This document shows, one piece after another, positions 48,384-57,133 of a DNA stretch of 64,000 nt (position 1 is the first letter of the stretch; every line of letters begins with the position of its first letter). Below the pieces are notes generated by a model. The model had not been told where the DNA came from. It made no database searches and saw only the letters and a program-made list of their open reading frames with translations. Source of the stretch: Gammaproteobacteria bacterium (GTDB taxonomy: Bacteria > Pseudomonadota > Gammaproteobacteria > Steroidobacterales > Steroidobacteraceae); the NCBI GenBank assembly GCA_031363155.1, contig JANLTW010000160.1, positions 4,113 to 68,112 on the forward strand, read 5' to 3'. A program made the position numbers and the translations under genes.

Positions 48384-49865
48384 CTAACGCTCAAGAACCA
48401 GCCGCCGCCCGTCGATGCGCAACACGCCGGTGCAAGTCGTCGGCCATTCATCGCGATGGTGGCTCGCCATCAGAATGGCGGTGCCAGCGGCGCGGGCGTG
48501 CTCGATCCGCTGTGCGATCAGCGCTCGCTGGCGGACATCCAGGCCCGCGAATGGTTCGTCGAGCAACAACACCTGCGGTGCACGAATCCAGGCACGCGCG
48601 AACAGCACCCGACGGACCTGGCCATACGACAGCTCCGCCAGCCGGCGCCGCGACCAGCATGCCAGCCGCCAGAACTTCAGCGTCTCGGCAGCTGCTGCGA
48701 GCGCGGCAGCATCCGGAGCCTCATTGAGTCCGTAGCTCGCCTGCCAGCCTGACACCACGGTTTCCAGCACGGTTGACTGCCGCGGGTAATCGGTCTGCAA
48801 CTGCGGCGCGACAAAACCGCAGCGCAGCCGGAAATTCTGCAACGCCTCGCCCGGCCTGACGCCGGTGCGCAGGATCCGGCTGCCGAGCGCAAAGGGGAAA
48901 TCGCCATACAGCGCACGCAACAACGTGGTCTTGCCACTGCCGTTAGGCCCGGCAAGAACGCAGCACTCGCCGGCGCGCAAGCGCAGATCGATATCACGCA
49001 GGATCAACTGGCCTTCCAGCCACAGCTCGCCCTCTGCAACGGCTAACAGCGTGCGCGCAGCGCGGCGGCTCGCTACGGCTGGCGCAGCACGCCGGGTCCG
49101 GTTCCCGACCGGGGGACCAAACACCTTCGCCAGGGCCTGCCGCACCACGGCCTGCCGCCTGCCGCCGGCCGCGAGCACACGCCCGCCGCGCAGCACCAGC
49201 GCATGGGTTGCCGAGTCCGGCAGGTGATCCGGGCGGTGGGTGCTCATGACCCAGGCCGGCCCGGACCGTGCGCTCGCGGCGAACCAACGCCGCAGGCGCT
49301 GCTCATTTTGCGCATCGAGGTGGGTCAGAGTTTCATCCAGCAGCAACAGCGCCGGCCGGCTCGCGAGCGCCCGTGCTAACAAAACGAGGCGCCGCTCGCC
49401 CGAGGAGATTTCAAGTATCCGTCTGTCAGCCAGAGTTTCCAGCCCGAGTGCACACAGTATCTGCAGCACCTTGCGGCGCCTGGACTCGGTCATCGCCTTC
49501 TCAGGAATGTCTACCCGGTCGAACCCTGTAGCTACCAGGTCGGCGATGGAAAAATTCCATTCATAGCGCGCATAGCGGTCCTGGCGTTCCGGGCCCAGGT
49601 AAGCAATGTGCGCGAGCACGTCTCGCGGCTGGTCGTGCCAGCGGCCGCGCCAGCGATAGCGCCTGCACGGCCGGGTGCCGCGCGCGACCGGATCGGGCCA
49701 CACCGCGCCTGCGACGATTTTCAGCAACTGCGTCTTCCCCGCACCATTGCCGCCCACCAGTACCCAGCGCTGGCCCGCACGCAGCTGCCAGTTGATGGCG
49801 CGCAGTATTCCGCGGCCGCCGCGCTGCAGATGCAGCTGCCGCAAGACCACGTCAACAGCTGGCAT
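48384..49865 (-). CDS. Tandem-ABC ATPase without a membrane domain (ModF-like)
   Basis: It has two Walker A motifs (GGNGAGKTQL, GPNGSGKTTL) and two signatures (SSGERRLVLLARAL, SYGQVRRVLFARAW). I trimmed the start to the ATG at 49865. Confidence 0.75.
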   Translation of the reverse strand: MPAVDVVLRQLHLQRGGRGILRAINWQLRAGQRWVLVGGNGAGKTQLLKIVAGAVWPDPVARGTRPCRRYRWRGRWHDQPRDVLAHIAYLGPERQDRYARYEWNFSIADLVATGFDRVDIPEKAMTESRRRKVLQILCALGLETLADRRILEISSGERRLVLLARALASRPALLLLDETLTHLDAQNEQRLRRWFAASARSGPAWVMSTHRPDHLPDSATHALVLRGGRVLAAGGRRQAVVRQALAKVFGPPVGNRTRRAAPAVASRRAARTLLAVAEGELWLEGQLILRDIDLRLRAGECCVLAGPNGSGKTTLLRALYGDFPFALGSRILRTGVRPGEALQNFRLRCGFVAPQLQTDYPRQSTVLETVVSGWQASYGLNEAPDAAALAAAAETLKFWRLACWSRRRLAELSYGQVRRVLFARAWIRAPQVLLLDEPFAGLDVRQRALIAQRIEHARAAGTAILMASHHRDEWPTTCTGVLRIDGRRLVLER

Positions 49866-49885
49866 CGGTGCGCAAGTCAGTGCTG

Positions 49886-50728
49886 TCAGCTTGCGGGGCC
49901 GCGATAGCGCCAGATCGGGCCCTCGCGCACACATTCGCCGTCGCGCTGCAGTTTGATCAGGTGCGCTTCCAGGGTCAGCCGCGCCCATACATGCATGGCG
50001 GGCGGCACGTCGTCGTAAATCGGCACCAGCAGCTGATCCATGCTGCCGGCACCCAGGCGCTGCAGCACGCCGCGCACTTTTTGTTCGCGCTTCAGCCGGT
50101 GCGCGATCACGCCTTCGATGACGCGATGCGGCTCCGGGATCAGGCCGCCGTGCCCCGGTCCAATATGCTGCAGCGGCAGTGCTAACAAGCGGCGCAGCGA
50201 CGCCAGGTAGTCCTGCAAATCGCCATCGGGCGGCAGAATCACCGGCGTCACGCCGTCGAGCACATGATCGCCGGACAGCAGCACGCCGTCGGGCTCGAAC
50301 AGGTAACAGACATGATTGGATGCATGGCCCGGTGTGTAGACGGCGGTCAGCGAAGCGGAGCCGAGATCGAATTGCTCGCCATCCCGCGGCTCACGGGCGC
50401 CGGCAGTGGTCAAGTCCTGGCGCCCATCGGCGGGCGGCGGGCGGCCGACCAATTGTGCACCGGTGGCCTCCGCCAGCGGCCGCGCCAGGGGTGAATGATC
50501 GCCATGGGTATGGGTGACGAACACGTACCGGAGCCGCGGCGCAACAGCGCGCAGCGCGTCGCGATGCGACTCATCGAGCGGCCCCGGATCCACCACCGCG
50601 ACGATCGGGTCGCCTAACAAATAAGTATTGGTGCCCGGACCGGTCATGGGCCCAGCGTTAGGCGCGCGCAGGCGCCAAAGGCCGGGCTTCAGGAGTTCAG
50701 GAGCTTTGCGGGTTGTCGACGACCCCAT
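49886..50728 (-). CDS. MBL-fold metallo-hydrolase
   Basis: 280-aa ORF with GPMTGPGTNTYLLG and VFVTHTHGDHS. Confidence 0.8.
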   Translation of the reverse strand: MGSSTTRKAPELLKPGLWRLRAPNAGPMTGPGTNTYLLGDPIVAVVDPGPLDESHRDALRAVAPRLRYVFVTHTHGDHSPLARPLAEATGAQLVGRPPPADGRQDLTTAGAREPRDGEQFDLGSASLTAVYTPGHASNHVCYLFEPDGVLLSGDHVLDGVTPVILPPDGDLQDYLASLRRLLALPLQHIGPGHGGLIPEPHRVIEGVIAHRLKREQKVRGVLQRLGAGSMDQLLVPIYDDVPPAMHVWARLTLEAHLIKLQRDGECVREGPIWRYRGPAS

Positions 50729-51533
50729 CGTTGCAGTTTACGCGATGCGCGGCGGCTTCGGTCTCCGAACCGAGCACTGCATCGATCAACTGCTCGAACG
50801 AGTCGATGACGAAGTAACGAGACTGAAATTCATCGATCAGATAGGGCGTCGCCATCACCGTGGCCGGATCAAAACGCAGTCGCTGTGGCTGCGGCGAATC
50901 GATTGCCCACAGGGTTTCGCCGAAAGAGGAAACGATACCGGCACCATAAGCCCGCAGTCCCGAGGCGCAGCGCATCAGGCCAAATTCCACCGTGTACCAG
51001 TACAAGCGCGCCAGGCGCTGCAGCTCTGTCGCAGCCGCTGCCGCGGCGCCGCGTTGGCCATAGGCCTGTACGAAATTGCCGAACTCCGGATCTGTCAGCA
51101 GTGGCAAATGCCCGAAGCAGTCATGAAAAAAATCGGGCTCGACCAGATAGTCGAGTTCTTCGGGCCGCCGCATCCAGGTGGTGACCGGAAAGCGCCGATC
51201 CGCCAGAAACTGGAAGAAATCCCGCTCCGGCAACAAACCGGGCACGCCGACGACCTGCCAGCCGCAGATGCGCTGCAGCGTGTCGCTCAATTCCGTCAGG
51301 CGCGGTATCGTATCCGCTTTGCAACCTAACAACTTGAGGCCGGTCAGGCAGTGGTCCGCGGCGTAGGCCGGCAGCAGCGACTGCTGACGGGTGAATAACT
51401 TGCGCCACAGCGACTGATCCAGCGCCGTGTATGCGCCGTAGTCCTGGTCCACCGTGAAGTCGACGCGGGCGTGGCGGTAATCGCCGCGCAGCTGGACCGC
51501 GTGCCGGGTCGGGGGTGTGGGCAGGCTGCTCAT
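50697..51533 (-). CDS. phhA: Phenylalanine 4-monooxygenase (aromatic amino acid hydroxylase)
   Basis: 278-aa ORF with EPDFFHDCFGHLPLLTDPEF (the iron-binding His pair) and WYTVEFGL. Confidence 0.88.
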   Translation of the reverse strand: MSSLPTPPTRHAVQLRGDYRHARVDFTVDQDYGAYTALDQSLWRKLFTRQQSLLPAYAADHCLTGLKLLGCKADTIPRLTELSDTLQRICGWQVVGVPGLLPERDFFQFLADRRFPVTTWMRRPEELDYLVEPDFFHDCFGHLPLLTDPEFGNFVQAYGQRGAAAAAATELQRLARLYWYTVEFGLMRCASGLRAYGAGIVSSFGETLWAIDSPQPQRLRFDPATVMATPYLIDEFQSRYFVIDSFEQLIDAVLGSETEAAAHRVNCNDGVVDNPQSS

Positions 51534-51647
51534 TGTTGAAGCATGCGCGTGCCGAAAGGCCGGAAAACTACTATTTCAGTTACATTTGCGATAAAATTTA
51601 GCTATTTCCTCTATTTTTTTATCTGTTCTTGGTGTTATACAGTCAAT

Positions 51648-52109
51648 ATGGATCTTGACACCACCGACAAGCGGATTCTTGCTGCGCTGCAGCGTAACGG
51701 CCGGATGACCACCGTGGAATTGGCGGACACCATCGGCCTGTCGCCCACTCCGATCGCGCGTCGCGTGCGCGAGCTGGAGGCCGCGGGGGTCATTCAGGGC
51801 TATACCGCGATCGTCGATCCCCGCAAGGTCGGGTCCGCGATCCAGGCGGTCGTACAGATCAAACTGGAACAGCACAGCGACGAACTGGCCGAGCGTTTCC
51901 GTCGCACGGTTGAGGACTTGCCCGAGGTCAGCGCCTGTTATGCGCTGACCGGCGACATGGATTTTCTACTGCACGTCGCGGTCCGCGACATCGATGCGTT
52001 GTCCGATTTCACCCTGCGCCGGCTGCTGCGGATTCCGGGGGTGCGCGACATGCGCACCAGCGTGGTGCTGCGCACGGTCAAGCGCGGCCTGAGTATCGCG
52101 GTCGACTGA
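51648..52109 (+). CDS. Lrp/AsnC family transcriptional regulator
   Basis: The track ORF is trimmed to MDLDTTDKRILAALQRNGRMTTVELADTIGLSPTPIARRVRELEAAGVI. It is divergent from phhA. Confidence 0.88.
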   Translation: MDLDTTDKRILAALQRNGRMTTVELADTIGLSPTPIARRVRELEAAGVIQGYTAIVDPRKVGSAIQAVVQIKLEQHSDELAERFRRTVEDLPEVSACYALTGDMDFLLHVAVRDIDALSDFTLRRLLRIPGVRDMRTSVVLRTVKRGLSIAVD

Positions 52110-52114
52110 CGCAT

Positions 52115-53209
52115 TCAGGCGGCGGCGCCAAACACGTAGCTAACACCGGCACCCGGCTTGGCGCGGTGATCGGCGAACACCTTGTCGACTGCGAAGCCCG
52201 CTTTGAGCATTTCCGCGCGCATATCGACGCGGGCGAACGCCGCCCAGAACGGCTCGCCATTCCAGCGCACCTGCCAGTCATTCATCAGCTGATCGTCAAA
52301 GCCGAGGCGCGTCACCTGCGTGGCGACATCCACATGCAGCATCACGCCCTGCGGTGCTAACAAACGGCGGCACTCGCGCAGGATCTGCGGCAGCCGCGCC
52401 GAATTGGTCTCATGAAACAGGATGTGCGAAATGATCAGGTCGAAGTGGCCGTCCGGGAAACCGGTGTGGGCGGCATCACGCTGATGAAAATGCATGCGGA
52501 TGCCCTTGTCCTCCGCCAGCAGATGCGCCATCTGCAGCAGCGGACCCGCCACGTCGACCGCGTGATACTCGGCGTCAGGCCAGGCGAGCGCGACCGAGTG
52601 CGACACAACCGCGAGCCCACAGCCCAACTCGAGAATCCTGGCCGGACGGATCCCCGGGAACTGCTGCTGGATCTGCTCGACCAGGAACGCACCGCGCGCA
52701 TCCCTGCCGGCGTAGACACTACCCTTGCCCGGCGCGTAGATCCGACTGCTGCCGAAATAGCGCAGCCCCGGCAGCATGCTGTCGTCCTGCTCGCCGCCTA
52801 CGAAGCCGCCGGGCTGCCTGTGAATCTCGGTATTGGCGATCGGAGTGGGCACTGACAGCGACGGCTCCAGCTGCAGCGAACCCAGGGTCTTTTTGTTAGC
52901 CAATGAATCAAACTGGCGGTGTGCGTCGGCAGCGACGCGCCTGGCCGTCAAGTCAACGGCCCGCCACATCATCGACTGCGAGCCGTGGGTAAACGCGGCC
53001 CAGTGCCGGAACTCCGGCTGCTGCGCGAGCTGCCGCTCGCGCGCGTGGCGTTCCGCCGGCGACTCATTGGCTGGCGGCGCCTGCGCGGCGGCGAGGCGTT
53101 GCCGGTAGGCATCGCGCACGCGCTGCTGAATCGGCCCATTGGTGAGCAGTTTGAGGCTGAGCACGAAATCCTGCCGGGTTTGCTCGGTCAGTGTCGGTTC
53201 GTAAACCAT
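52115..53209 (-). CDS. Class I SAM-dependent methyltransferase with an N-terminal extension of about 150 aa
   Basis: SAM motif I (ILELGCGLAV) and DLIISHILFHE are present. Confidence 0.7.
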   Translation of the reverse strand: MVYEPTLTEQTRQDFVLSLKLLTNGPIQQRVRDAYRQRLAAAQAPPANESPAERHARERQLAQQPEFRHWAAFTHGSQSMMWRAVDLTARRVAADAHRQFDSLANKKTLGSLQLEPSLSVPTPIANTEIHRQPGGFVGGEQDDSMLPGLRYFGSSRIYAPGKGSVYAGRDARGAFLVEQIQQQFPGIRPARILELGCGLAVVSHSVALAWPDAEYHAVDVAGPLLQMAHLLAEDKGIRMHFHQRDAAHTGFPDGHFDLIISHILFHETNSARLPQILRECRRLLAPQGVMLHVDVATQVTRLGFDDQLMNDWQVRWNGEPFWAAFARVDMRAEMLKAGFAVDKVFADHRAKPGAGVSYVFGAAA

Positions 53210-53247
53210 GCTCGGCTCCTGTTAGATGAGGCGGCGACGCCCGTGCC

Positions 53248-54555
53248 CTAGGTCAGTGCCCGCAGCGCATTACGCACTGTTGTCACGATGCGTTCAAGTT
53301 CCGCATCGGTGGTGTCGAATATCGGTGCAATGGCGATCGTGTCGCCGGTCGAGCGCACCACGACGCCGTCCTGCCAGCAGCGCAGGAACACGTCCATGCC
53401 GCGCGCGCCGGGCGCCCCCGGCCGCATGCCGACGTCGATCGCGCCCATTAGACCAATATTGCGGATGTCGGCCACATGAGGCTCGCCGCGCAAGCTGTGC
53501 AGCAGCTGCTCGAAGCCGGTCTCGCGGGCCCGCGCCTGCGCGAAGATGTTATCGCGGGCGTACACACCTAACGTGGCAAGGCCTGCAGCTACCGCGAGCG
53601 GGTGCCCCGAATAGGTGTAGCCATGAAACAGTTCGATGGCGCCGTCCGGACCCTGCATCAGCGCCTGATAGACCTCCTCCCGCGCCAGCACGGCGCCCAT
53701 CGGCACGACGCCGTTGGTCAGGCCCTTGGCGGTCGTGATCAGGTCCGGCGTCACCTTGAAGCGCTGCGCACCAAAGGCATGACCGACGCGCCCAAACGCC
53801 GTGATGACCTCGTCGAAAATCAGCAGCACACCGTGCTTGCTGCATATTTCCCGCAGCTTCTCGAGATATCCTAACGGTGGCACGATCACGCCGGCCGATC
53901 CCTGCACCGGCTCGACGATCATCGCCGCAATGTTCGACGGATCATGCAGCAGAATCTGCCGCTCGAGGTCCTCCGCGAGGTGCGCGCCCCAGGCGGGCTG
54001 ACCGCGCGAGAACGCCATATCCGCCGGACTGTGGGTGTGGCGAATATGCACCGTGCCCGGCAGCATGGCCGCGGAAAACGTCTTGCGATTGGCGGGCACA
54101 CCGCCCACCGACATGCCGCCAAAATTCACGCCGTGATAACCGCGTTCGCGACCGACAAAGCGCGTGCGCGTGCCCTCGCCGCGGGCGCGGTGATAGGCAA
54201 GCGCGATCTTCATCGCCGTATCCACCGATTCCGAGCCGGAATTGGTGAAGAACACGCGGCTCAGTCCGGGCGGCGCGATCTTGACAACCTGGTCGGCCAG
54301 TTCGAAAACCTTTGGGTGCCCGGCCTGGAAGGCCAGCGCGTAGTCGAGCGTAGCCACCTGCTGCTGTACCGCGGCGACGATGTCCGGGTGACAGTGCCCG
54401 AGGCCGCTGGTCCACAGGCCTGAGAATCCATCTAACATCTCACGGCCTTCAGAATCCCGGTAATAACGCCCCTTGGCCGAAACCAGAATACGTGGCGCTT
54501 TCTTGAATGCGCGGTTGGCGGTAAAGGGCATCCAGTAGGCATCAAATTCGGTCAC
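53248..54555 (-). CDS. Class III (omega) aminotransferase, beta-alanine/omega-amino acid:pyruvate type
   Basis: 435-aa ORF with WMPFTANRAF, LIFDEVITAFGRVG and TTAKGLTNG (the PLP Lys). Confidence 0.85.
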   Translation of the reverse strand: MTEFDAYWMPFTANRAFKKAPRILVSAKGRYYRDSEGREMLDGFSGLWTSGLGHCHPDIVAAVQQQVATLDYALAFQAGHPKVFELADQVVKIAPPGLSRVFFTNSGSESVDTAMKIALAYHRARGEGTRTRFVGRERGYHGVNFGGMSVGGVPANRKTFSAAMLPGTVHIRHTHSPADMAFSRGQPAWGAHLAEDLERQILLHDPSNIAAMIVEPVQGSAGVIVPPLGYLEKLREICSKHGVLLIFDEVITAFGRVGHAFGAQRFKVTPDLITTAKGLTNGVVPMGAVLAREEVYQALMQGPDGAIELFHGYTYSGHPLAVAAGLATLGVYARDNIFAQARARETGFEQLLHSLRGEPHVADIRNIGLMGAIDVGMRPGAPGARGMDVFLRCWQDGVVVRSTGDTIAIAPIFDTTDAELERIVTTVRNALRALT

Positions 54556-55430
54556 GTTGGTTTCTCCCGTCCAAAAAGCGCTGCACTCAAACGGTGAATG
54601 GCCGAAATATCTTCATCGCCATAGCCGGCATCGATCAGGCGCTGGTAGTCGGCGCGCACCGCGTCGACCATCGGCAGGCTGCCACCGTGGCGGGCGGCCA
54701 TGTCCGCGCAGATTCCGAGGTCCTTCAGGTGCAGTCGCACTTTAAAACCCGCCGGATAGGCGTCGCGTTGCATGAACGGCGCGCGATTTTGGAAATACCA
54801 GCTGCCACCCGCACCGTTCGACAAGGTATCGATCAACGCGCCTAACGGCAGGTCTTCCGCTTTCGCGAATGACATCGCCTCGCCGACCGCCTGGATCACG
54901 CCCGCGCACAGAATCTGGTTGGTTGCCTTGGCGGCCTGGCCGGCGCCGTTCGGCCCGAAATGCGTAATGGTCTTGCCGATCGCAGCTAACACCGGCCGTG
55001 CGCGTGCCAGTATTTGCGCGTCGCCACCGACCATGATGGCGAGCGTGCCCTGCTTCGCGCCTTCGACGCCGCCGCTGACCGGCGCGTCCAGGAAGTGCGC
55101 GCCGGCGTCCGCGACCTGGCGGCCAAGCTGCCGCGCAGTGTCCGCGCTGACAGTCGAACAATCGATCACGATCATTCCGGGCCGCAGGCCCGGCGCAATC
55201 TGCACCCCGACCGCCAGCACGTCGGCGTCGGCCGAGACGTTGACCAGCACGACGTCACAGTTTTTTGTCAGTTCGGCGGGCGTTGCCGAGTGCCGGCAGC
55301 CGAGCTCCTGAGCCAGCGTGGCGGCCTTGGCGGTGGTACGATTCCAAAGCGCATGCAGCAGGCCGGCGCGCGCCAGATTGCGCGCCATCGGCGCGCCCAT
55401 TGCGCCCAGCCCAATGACCCCGGTTTTCAT
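54552..55430 (-). CDS. 3-hydroxyisobutyrate dehydrogenase family NAD(P)-dependent oxidoreductase
   Basis: The track ORF is trimmed to MKTGVIGLGAMGAPMARNL. It also has DAPVSGG..GA..GTLAIMVGG. Confidence 0.85.
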   Translation of the reverse strand: MKTGVIGLGAMGAPMARNLARAGLLHALWNRTTAKAATLAQELGCRHSATPAELTKNCDVVLVNVSADADVLAVGVQIAPGLRPGMIVIDCSTVSADTARQLGRQVADAGAHFLDAPVSGGVEGAKQGTLAIMVGGDAQILARARPVLAAIGKTITHFGPNGAGQAAKATNQILCAGVIQAVGEAMSFAKAEDLPLGALIDTLSNGAGGSWYFQNRAPFMQRDAYPAGFKVRLHLKDLGICADMAARHGGSLPMVDAVRADYQRLIDAGYGDEDISAIHRLSAALFGREKPT

Positions 55431-55481
55431 GCAGTCGATTGTACGGGACCGTACCGGCGCCCGCCGCAAACCCTTGGCGTT

Positions 55482-56048
55482 CTAACCACGCTCCCGGCCG
55501 CGCTCCCGGGGTGGGTAAGGGCGCGTGTTGGACCAGGCATCCTGCGGATCATCGTGCCAGACCTCCGGGCTATCCAGCACACCGAACCGGCCCCGGAAAA
55601 ACAGCAGCGGCTCGCCGGTCTCGGCCCAGGCTTTTTGCACAGCGCCATAGATGACCTGGTGATCGCCGGCCTGCTCGATCCGTAGCACCACGCATTCCAG
55701 GCGCGCCAGCGCGCCGGGTATGGCCGGCGGCTGGGGCGCCGCGCGCCATTCGTCGTCGATCTCGATTTTGTTAGGGTTGGAGCGCGAAAAGTGCAGCGCC
55801 CGGTCGGTCTGCCTGGCATTCAGCATACTGACCGCGAACGGTGCCGCCACCTGGAACGCATCCATACTGGTACTGCTGTTAGCCAGGCAGAACAGCACCA
55901 GCGGCGGATCGAGCGACACCGAGGTGAAGGAGTTGGCCGTGACGCCCACCGGACGGCCATCCGGATGAATGCCGGTGATGACAGTCACGCCCGTGGCAAA
56001 GCTGCCAAATATACGTCGTAATTCTTTGCCGGCGGGCGCGGTCGACAA
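55482..56048 (-). CDS. Flavin reductase family protein
   Basis: 188-aa ORF with FGSFATGVTVITG and ANSFTSVSLDPPLVLFC. Confidence 0.8.
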   Translation of the reverse strand: MSTAPAGKELRRIFGSFATGVTVITGIHPDGRPVGVTANSFTSVSLDPPLVLFCLANSSTSMDAFQVAAPFAVSMLNARQTDRALHFSRSNPNKIEIDDEWRAAPQPPAIPGALARLECVVLRIEQAGDHQVIYGAVQKAWAETGEPLLFFRGRFGVLDSPEVWHDDPQDAWSNTRPYPPRERGRERG

Positions 56049-56170
56049 GCTCTGCTCCTAGTACTACTGTGTCATTAAATTAATGGATTGCATGCTGCGT
56101 CGACAACACGGACAGATGGGCAGAGATCTAGCGAGGAGCGTGGCGAGTTCGAGGCGCAATGGTCAATAGG

Positions 56171-56180
56171 CTAACCTAAC
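56171..56180 (+). repeat. Tandem double copy of the dispersed CTAAC word
   Basis: CTAACCTAAC, within GGCTAACCTAACGA, lies in the islet's left intergenic region. Confidence 0.9.
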
Positions 56181-56245
56181 GAAAGGCAGCATAGTTTTCC
56201 AGCTGCTTGCAGGCCCCGCGCGGATCTCGAAACACTCTTTTAAAC

Positions 56246-56267
56246 AGCGCCTCAAGTCGCAGGCGCT
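56246..56267 (-). terminator. Weak candidate intrinsic terminator after the acyltransferase gene
   Basis: A perfect 7-bp stem AGCGCCT / AGGCGCT with an 8-nt loop lies about 10 nt past the stop at 56278. On the minus strand it is followed only by GTTTAAAAG, a poor U-tract. Confidence 0.35.
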
Positions 56268-56277
56268 CTGACACCTG

Positions 56278-57009
56278 TTAGTTGTACCGCAACCTATCCT
56301 CGGATTCCTGCATTAAGGCCATGATTGCTGCCTGTACATTCAGCCGGTGCAACTCTATATCGTCCACAGTAACAGGTGATGGAATCGTATACGGTTTGCC
56401 GATAGCCAAAACAATCCGGCTAAACGGCTTCGGAATCATGAACTTATCCCAGTTATTGAGGTACCAGGCTCTGTCGGCTGCGCACCCAATTGGCAGAATC
56501 GGTATGCGCCCAGTCAGTGCTGTTACGACAACACCGGCTTTAAATTCGTGTTTGGGCCCACGGGGTCCATCGGCCGTCGTAACGATCGAGTATCCATTCT
56601 TCACCATGCCGAGCATGTCCCGCATCGCCAAAGTGGCGCTATTCTGATTGGCTGATCCGCGAGCAACCTTACCGCCCCAGGCTCGCGCAATGCGGGCGGT
56701 TACCTCTGCATCGACTGACGCGGACATCAGGAAGCACATTTTGAAGCCGCGTCGTAGCCATTGCCGAAAAAGCATATTGCAGACTAGTTGATGCTGATGC
56801 CAGTAGGACGGCGCACATACAGCATCGCCGTTGATAAACGATTCAGCGTATCCCGCGCCAATAACCGCCTTAATTCGGTACGTAGACGTCAACAGGCGAA
56901 ACACTGCGCGGACCAGATATGCACCCAGGACATAACCCAGCCGGCGTTGCGGAGTCATATGTCGGCTTGACCGCGAACTGCGTCGGGACTCGATCGCTTG
57001 GTCTTCCAT
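56278..57009 (-). CDS. LPLAT-superfamily acyltransferase, DUF374-like
   Basis: The track ORF is trimmed to MEDQAIES... The motifs SYWHQHQ, SASVDAEV..ARAWGGKVARGS and TTADGPRGP match what I remember of DUF374 / lysophospholipid acyltransferase-like proteins. The start is uncertain (57009, or the later MTPQRR). Confidence 0.55.
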   Translation of the reverse strand: MEDQAIESRRSSRSSRHMTPQRRLGYVLGAYLVRAVFRLLTSTYRIKAVIGAGYAESFINGDAVCAPSYWHQHQLVCNMLFRQWLRRGFKMCFLMSASVDAEVTARIARAWGGKVARGSANQNSATLAMRDMLGMVKNGYSIVTTADGPRGPKHEFKAGVVVTALTGRIPILPIGCAADRAWYLNNWDKFMIPKPFSRIVLAIGKPYTIPSPVTVDDIELHRLNVQAAIMALMQESEDRLRYN

Positions 57010-57133
57010 TGGCGCGTACCCTCTTGTTGCCCTTTGCCATTGGCTGGGTGCCTGCACTCGCAGTATCACTTCGGCTGGAGTAATAATACAGCTGAGCTGC
57101 ACTACGACCGCAGGACACCAACTAATCACACTA

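Noticed and set aside
56212-56232. Candidate attL-like remnant: GCCCCGCGCGGATCTCGAAAC resembles the tRNA-Arg 3' segment (GCGCCCTGACGGATTCGAACC on the + strand, 60436-60456)
   Set aside because: Only CGGAT(C)TCGAA matches, and that needs a gap. This is too weak to call a direct repeat by eye, and no integrase supports it. It is worth an alignment check but is not reported as a feature.
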